Shown here: in pieces, positions 59,725 through 64,000 of the stretch
How positions within the stretch are numbered: the first letter of the stretch is position 1
How the letters are laid out: each line of letters begins with the position of its first letter
NCBI GenBank assembly: GCA_943788985.1
Contig: CALSSJ010000012.1
Location: 96,001 to 160,000 of the forward strand
DNA length: 64,000 bases
Reading direction: 5' to 3'
DNA from: an uncultured Lentisphaerales bacterium
GTDB taxonomy: Bacteria > Verrucomicrobiota > Lentisphaeria > JABSQK01 > UBA12247
Program-made: the position numbers and the translations under genes
Notes under the pieces: model-generated
What the model was told of the DNA's origin: nothing
The model's database searches: none
What the model saw: only the letters and a program-made list of their open reading frames with translations

Positions 59725-62700
59725 ATGTTGTTGCCTACTTTTTCCAGTAGGTTCTTGCTCTGTGTGTCGCTGTTGAGCCTGTCCTTATGGAGTGCGGCGG
59801 AAACGCTTCGTTGTGACCGCTTTGTCTTGGCTGATGTCGTCGGTGTCTTTGAGGTTCAGCACCTGGCGGGGCCGGATCAGGTACTGCGAACTTCGCAACT
59901 GCTGGAACGAAGGGCAGGGGAGGGGAGGCTGCGCGTCAGTGGCGAGGGGTTTCAGATCACTTTCTCGGTTGAAGCGCACACAAACTACCTGGTTCTGCGC
60001 CTCGAAAAGGTGGTGGAGCCAGCTCCCGGGACGCTGATGACGTTCGCCTTTCGACTGGCAGCGAACAGCGAGTACGTGCTGACCCGGCTGGACTACATGA
60101 CTGTGCCAACGGATGGCGAGCGGGGAATGTCCTGGCCCTGGATCTGGGGCCGAAATACGGCGAACCCGCTGGGGGCGTTCGCGATTCAGGCTCCGCGGAA
60201 TGACCAGGAATTCGATGAAAACCTACTCCAGATGTGGGTGGAAGATGGGCTGCCGCATCCGACCGGGGAGTGGACAATCGAGCGCGCCCGGAGTTGGCTG
60301 AGCCACTGGCAGCAGCGCTTTGCGGACCAGAGTTGCATCGTGCTTGGCGCCAAAACGCGGGGGGAACTGGAGCAGGTGACTGCCTGGGCCGATTCGCTGA
60401 AGATGAAACGGGTTTATCTGCACACCGATACCTGGCGTGGGGAATACTGGCCATACCAACACTCGTATCTGCGGGTGAATCCTGAGGTGTTCCCGGGTGG
60501 CGAGAAGGATTTGAATGACTACACCATCTCGCTGCGGGAGAAGGGCATGGGGTTTGCCGTGCACAGCACCTGCATGTCTATTGGCCGAAACGATCCGGAC
60601 TATGTACGAGACGGGGTCGATCCGCGCCTGTCGCGCTGGGTTCGAGGGACGTTGACGGAGGCCGTCGGGCAGGAGGCGAAGACGCTCTATTTTTGCCCGG
60701 CACCGGGGGTGCGCCATCCGCGCATGGTTCGCCACGTTTGGGCGGGGCCAGGGACAATGCCGTCTTGGATGGACCTTAAGATGTTTTTGGTGGGGGACGA
60801 ACTGGTGGAGGCCGAGACGGTCGACCATTCAAGGCAGGACGTATGGGTGCTGAAGGGCTGCCGCCGCGGGGCATGGGGCAAGGACGCGAGGTCGCACCCG
60901 GCGGGCACCAAATGCGAGGGCATGGTCAGACCGTATCGTCAGGTCTTTGTTCCAGATCCGGATTCTACGCTCTTCGTGGAGACGATTCAGCGGTGGGCCG
61001 AATTCTGTACGCGGAACAGTGTAGATCATCTTGAGTGCGATGCGTTGGAGGATCACGCAGACAAGCCCTGGGGCGTAGGCAAGTTCAGCTGGCTGCTCAG
61101 TTCTGCACTGAGTTTGCCTAGCACCAGCAACACCTCGAGCGGGAGCCCTCTGCCATTCCAGGTGGAGTACTGGTTCCGGGGGAGTCGGCAGGTGGTTGCC
61201 AATCATGCTCGGGGGGGAGTTGCGGGTGGCGCTAGCCTTCCGCTGTATGCACACAGCGAGATCCGGCAGGCGACCGGGCCCCTACGAGATTCTTTATAAG
61301 CCGGGGGAGATGGTCGGGCGCGGCAGTAGCAGCTTCAATGTGTCCTCTCCGTGGCCGATGTTTGGCGTCACGCCAGAAATTCTGTCCACTCAGGGGCTGG
61401 TGCCGATGGTCGAGGACTTGCTGCGCGATTGGCGAAGCGCGCTCCAGACGATCAGCCCAGGCTGTCGCAAGACGCTGGGTAAGGAATACGGCGTGTTTCG
61501 CAGCCCAATCGGGAAGGGCGGAAATCAGCCGGGGACCGATGTCCTTTTTCGGCCTGAGAGTGTGGAGGGACAAAGCCAGATTACCCCGCTGCGGTTGCTG
61601 GGCCGGAGTTCAGGCGAGTTGAATTGGGGATATGGCCAGGAGTTCGGCCCGATCGTGCCACGGCAATACCTGCGCGTGGGCGAATCGCTCCAACTGGCCA
61701 ACCCCTGGCAGGCACAGGAGCCAGAGTTTTTGATTCGGGTGATGGGAGAGTTGGCAGGGACCAATGACGAGTGGCAAGCTCCGGAGACCGCTCAGACCGA
61801 GGATTCTATTCTGGCGGCCTATGAGGCGGGGACTACGAACGATTTCAGCGCGCACCCGCTGCACAGCGCCCGCCATATCTGGGCGGCTGAAGCTGTAGAG
61901 AATGGTGCGGCAATGCCCGGTGTGGTGCAGCTGCGGCGCAGCTTCAGGGTCAATCTGCGCAAGTTCAAAGGAGCCCGCCTGTATCTCCAGCTGGATGATG
62001 AGGCCGTTGCCTATGTGAATGGCAAGAAGGTGTTCTCGGGCGGCAGCTTCGACCAACTGCAGTTTGTTGAAGTCCGCAATTTTCGCCACGGGCCGAACGA
62101 GGTTTTGATCAAGGCCACGAACGCCGGGGGGGCCGGTAGTGTGGCTGCAGCGCTGCACATTCAAGAAGGAAGCGCCACGCGTGACCTGGCGAGTGATGGT
62201 TCCTGGCAGGCCAGAATTGGCGACGGCGCCTGGGGGGCCGTCGCAGATCTGGGGGCGTACGGTGCCAGTGTCTGGCCTAAGGTTGCCCCGCAACCCGCAG
62301 TCGTCTATCGGGACTTGATGCCCGCGCTAGGAACGATCGAGCCTGGAGAAGGCCATGAGCTGACGTTGGTTGACGATGCCCTGCAGATCAGCTATCGCAA
62401 CGAGAGCAGCGCCCTGACCATGCATCTTAAGGATCGCCCTGCCTGGGCAATGTCCTTAGACATGAGCGCGGCGCGCGGCGTTGGCTGCACCGTGACTGGC
62501 GATGGCAGTGGGGCGGTCTTGGTGATTACCATTGAGGGGCATGGGTACAGGGACTACGTGATTCCGATCGATTTTACCGGCACTCGTGAGCTGCAGATTC
62601 CGACTGGTGAGGTCGCCTGGGCTATGCCCGAGTGGAGCTGGCGCGGGCACGGCAGGTTTCGTTATGACCGGATTCGCAAGGTGCGGGTTGGCTTCGGTAC

Positions 62701-63067
62701 AGTCCCGGCCGCAACGCAGGCCCAGATTACGGTCCGCGATATTCGGCCGCTGCGCGAAGTGGCGACAGAAGTGCGCGACTTGACGATCCGGATTGGCGGT
62801 GGCCGGGAACTCGTGGTACTGGGAGCAATCAACAGCGGCCAGTACCTGTGGTATCGTGGTGGAGACAGCCTGGGGATCTATGACCTGAATTGGAACAAGC
62901 TGCGGGATTGCGAAGTACGCAAACAGAAGTTCTCGGCCCCCAAGGGGCGATTTAATCTACAATTGACAGGTGCAGAAACTGGGCATCAGCCATGGCTGGA
63001 GACTCAGTTCTTCGTCAAGGGCGTTCCGATTGTGCCCAGCGCTCCCACTCCAACTGTAGGCAACTAA
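59725..63067 (+). CDS. large secreted hypothetical protein, probably carbohydrate-active; one frameshift near 61280
   Basis: Signal peptide and GGAGG RBS; ORFs 59725..61299 and 61196..63067 overlap. Internal jelly-roll-like module (IW...LRRSF...LDDEA.AYVNG...G.N.VLI.A.N). Confidence 0.7.
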
Positions 63068-63069
63068 CC

Positions 63070-64000
63070 ATGAGCCCCATGATGCCACGAGACTCCGACT
63101 ATACCTACATGTTCTGGAACCATGGCTGGCGTGGTGAATCCGCAGAAGGCAAGCGGGTGATGTCAATCCAGACGGGCCGATATGCGTGCGCGTTCGACAC
63201 GGAGCGGGCGGCCTTGCTACACTTTGGTGTGTTGGCAAAAAAAGCGGATGCCACGCAGGCTTTGACCGCTGGAAATGACCTGATTTATGACTTGCCAGCG
63301 GCGAGCCTGAGCTGGCATTTGGAAGCGGACAGCACGAGCTACCAAGTGCGTGGTTCGAGGGACACCTGCCGGACGAAGGAGAATTTAGAGGCGCTGGGCC
63401 TGCCGCTGTCGCTCTTGGATGAGCGCACGCCCGGCGAGCAAACGCGGATGATTGTCAGCGGACGCTTCGTGCAGCGATTCGATATGGAGCGGCTGTGCTT
63501 CGAGAGTGATTCAGGCGACGCTTTGCCGGTCGCTGGTAGAGTGGAGGTAACCGCACTACCCGACTACGTTGCAGTGACGATGGAGGTGACTGCCGAGCGA
63601 GACGTCGAGCTATCAAGGCTTACGGCGCGGCTGAAGCTTGGGGCTTGTGAGACTGAGGCAGGCGAGGAGTTGGTAATCTGGGTGCCGCAAGAACAGCGAG
63701 GTAGCGTGCATCGGGATGAGGCCAATGGTGCGATTGAAATCGCGGTGCCTGGCACCACGATCGGGTGCGATACCCCTCTGCGTCTTACCTTTTTCGTAGA
63801 CGCAGAGGCGTCTGAGAGTTGTGTTGGGTCTGAGGCTGAGATTCGAGCGCAGGGGATCGCGCCATACTCTGATTCAATACCAGTGGAGTATGATGCTGAT
63901 CGCGGTCTGCATTGGCTCTCTCTTCCCGAGGTGGGAGAGAATTGGGATATGGAGGGGAATCGAGATTTCATGGAGCGCGTCAGGCTCGTTATCACTAATT
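63070..64000 (+). CDS. hypothetical protein, N-terminal part; frameshift at an A-run near 63240; runs off the window edge
   Basis: Manual translation MSPMMPRDSDYTYMFWNHGWRGESAEGKRVMSIQTGRYACAFDTE..., continuing in another frame (RMIVSGRFVQRFD...) to the end of the window. Confidence 0.6.
   Translation, partial: MSPMMPRDSDYTYMFWNHGWRGESAEGKRVMSIQTGRYACAFDTERAALLHFGVLAKKADATQALTAGNDLIYDLPAASLSWHLEADSTSYQVRGSRDTCRTKENLEALGLPLSLLDERTPGEQTRMIVSGRFVQRFDMERLCFESDSGDALPVAGRVEVTALPDYVAVTMEVTAERDVELSRLTARLKLGACETEAGEELVIWVPQEQRGSVHRDEANGAIEIAVPGTTIGCDTPLRLTFFVDAEASESCVGSEAEIRAQGIAPYSDSIPVEYDADRGLHWLSLPEVGENWDMEGNRDFMERVRLVITN

Larger units (their letters stand above)
1307..59897. repeat. dispersed 13-bp palindrome TGCGRANTYCGCA (at least 20 exact copies)
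   Basis: Exact matches start at 1307, 1394, 2298, 3402, 3562, 4806, 19598, 28713, 29652, 30649, 32365, 32663, 33383, 34701, 42922, 49640, 50282, 54427, 54805, 59885. One-mismatch copies at 584, 3683, 4966, 26933, 28282, 32928, 50548, 62909. Confidence 0.92.

Noticed and set aside
1307..59897. The TGCGRANTYCGCA copies as a CRISPR array, REP family or ordinary transcription-factor regulon
   Set aside because: Copies are irregularly spaced, only 13-15 bp long, lack shared flanks and are almost all intragenic, not upstream of promoters.
1..64000. tRNA, rRNA, riboswitch, CRISPR array, integrase or transposase
   Set aside because: None recognised by eye; small structured RNAs could be missed without an Infernal/Rfam search.

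Overview
A 64-kb stretch of a GC-rich (about 60% by eye) bacterial chromosome. The gene content suggests a PVC-superphylum organism, probably Lentisphaerota-like (inference): many Cys-type sulfatases, DUF4159 and LRR proteins, zinc-ribbon proteins and several Ser/Thr kinases. Many genes, including housekeeping ones (aroB, oppA, SNF2 helicase), are split by single-base frameshifts, most likely sequencing or assembly indels. Contents in order: dprA/aroB; an RmlD-like SDR; a molybdopterin cluster (MOSC, moaD, moaE-rhodanese); a sulfated-polysaccharide region (LacI, GH86-like enzyme, two paralogous secreted proteins, IclR, three sulfatase genes carrying four sulfatase domains, sialate O-acetylesterase); rhomboid; oppAB; SNF2 helicase; O-antigen-ligase-like, LRR and DUF4159 genes; amtB-glnK; a four-gene kinase/pseudokinase cluster; an RNase-H-fold gene next to a SirB1-HspQ fusion; 3-amino-sugar genes; a System II cytochrome c maturation operon; and large secreted proteins. 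The most striking unexplained signal is a 13-bp palindrome, TGCGRANTYCGCA. I found at least 20 exact copies plus near matches, mostly inside coding sequences and in all three reading frames. It behaves like a HIP1/USS/matS-type chromosomal signal. Three MITE/REP-like inverted-repeat elements are also visible. No rRNA, tRNA, CRISPR array or transposase was recognised.
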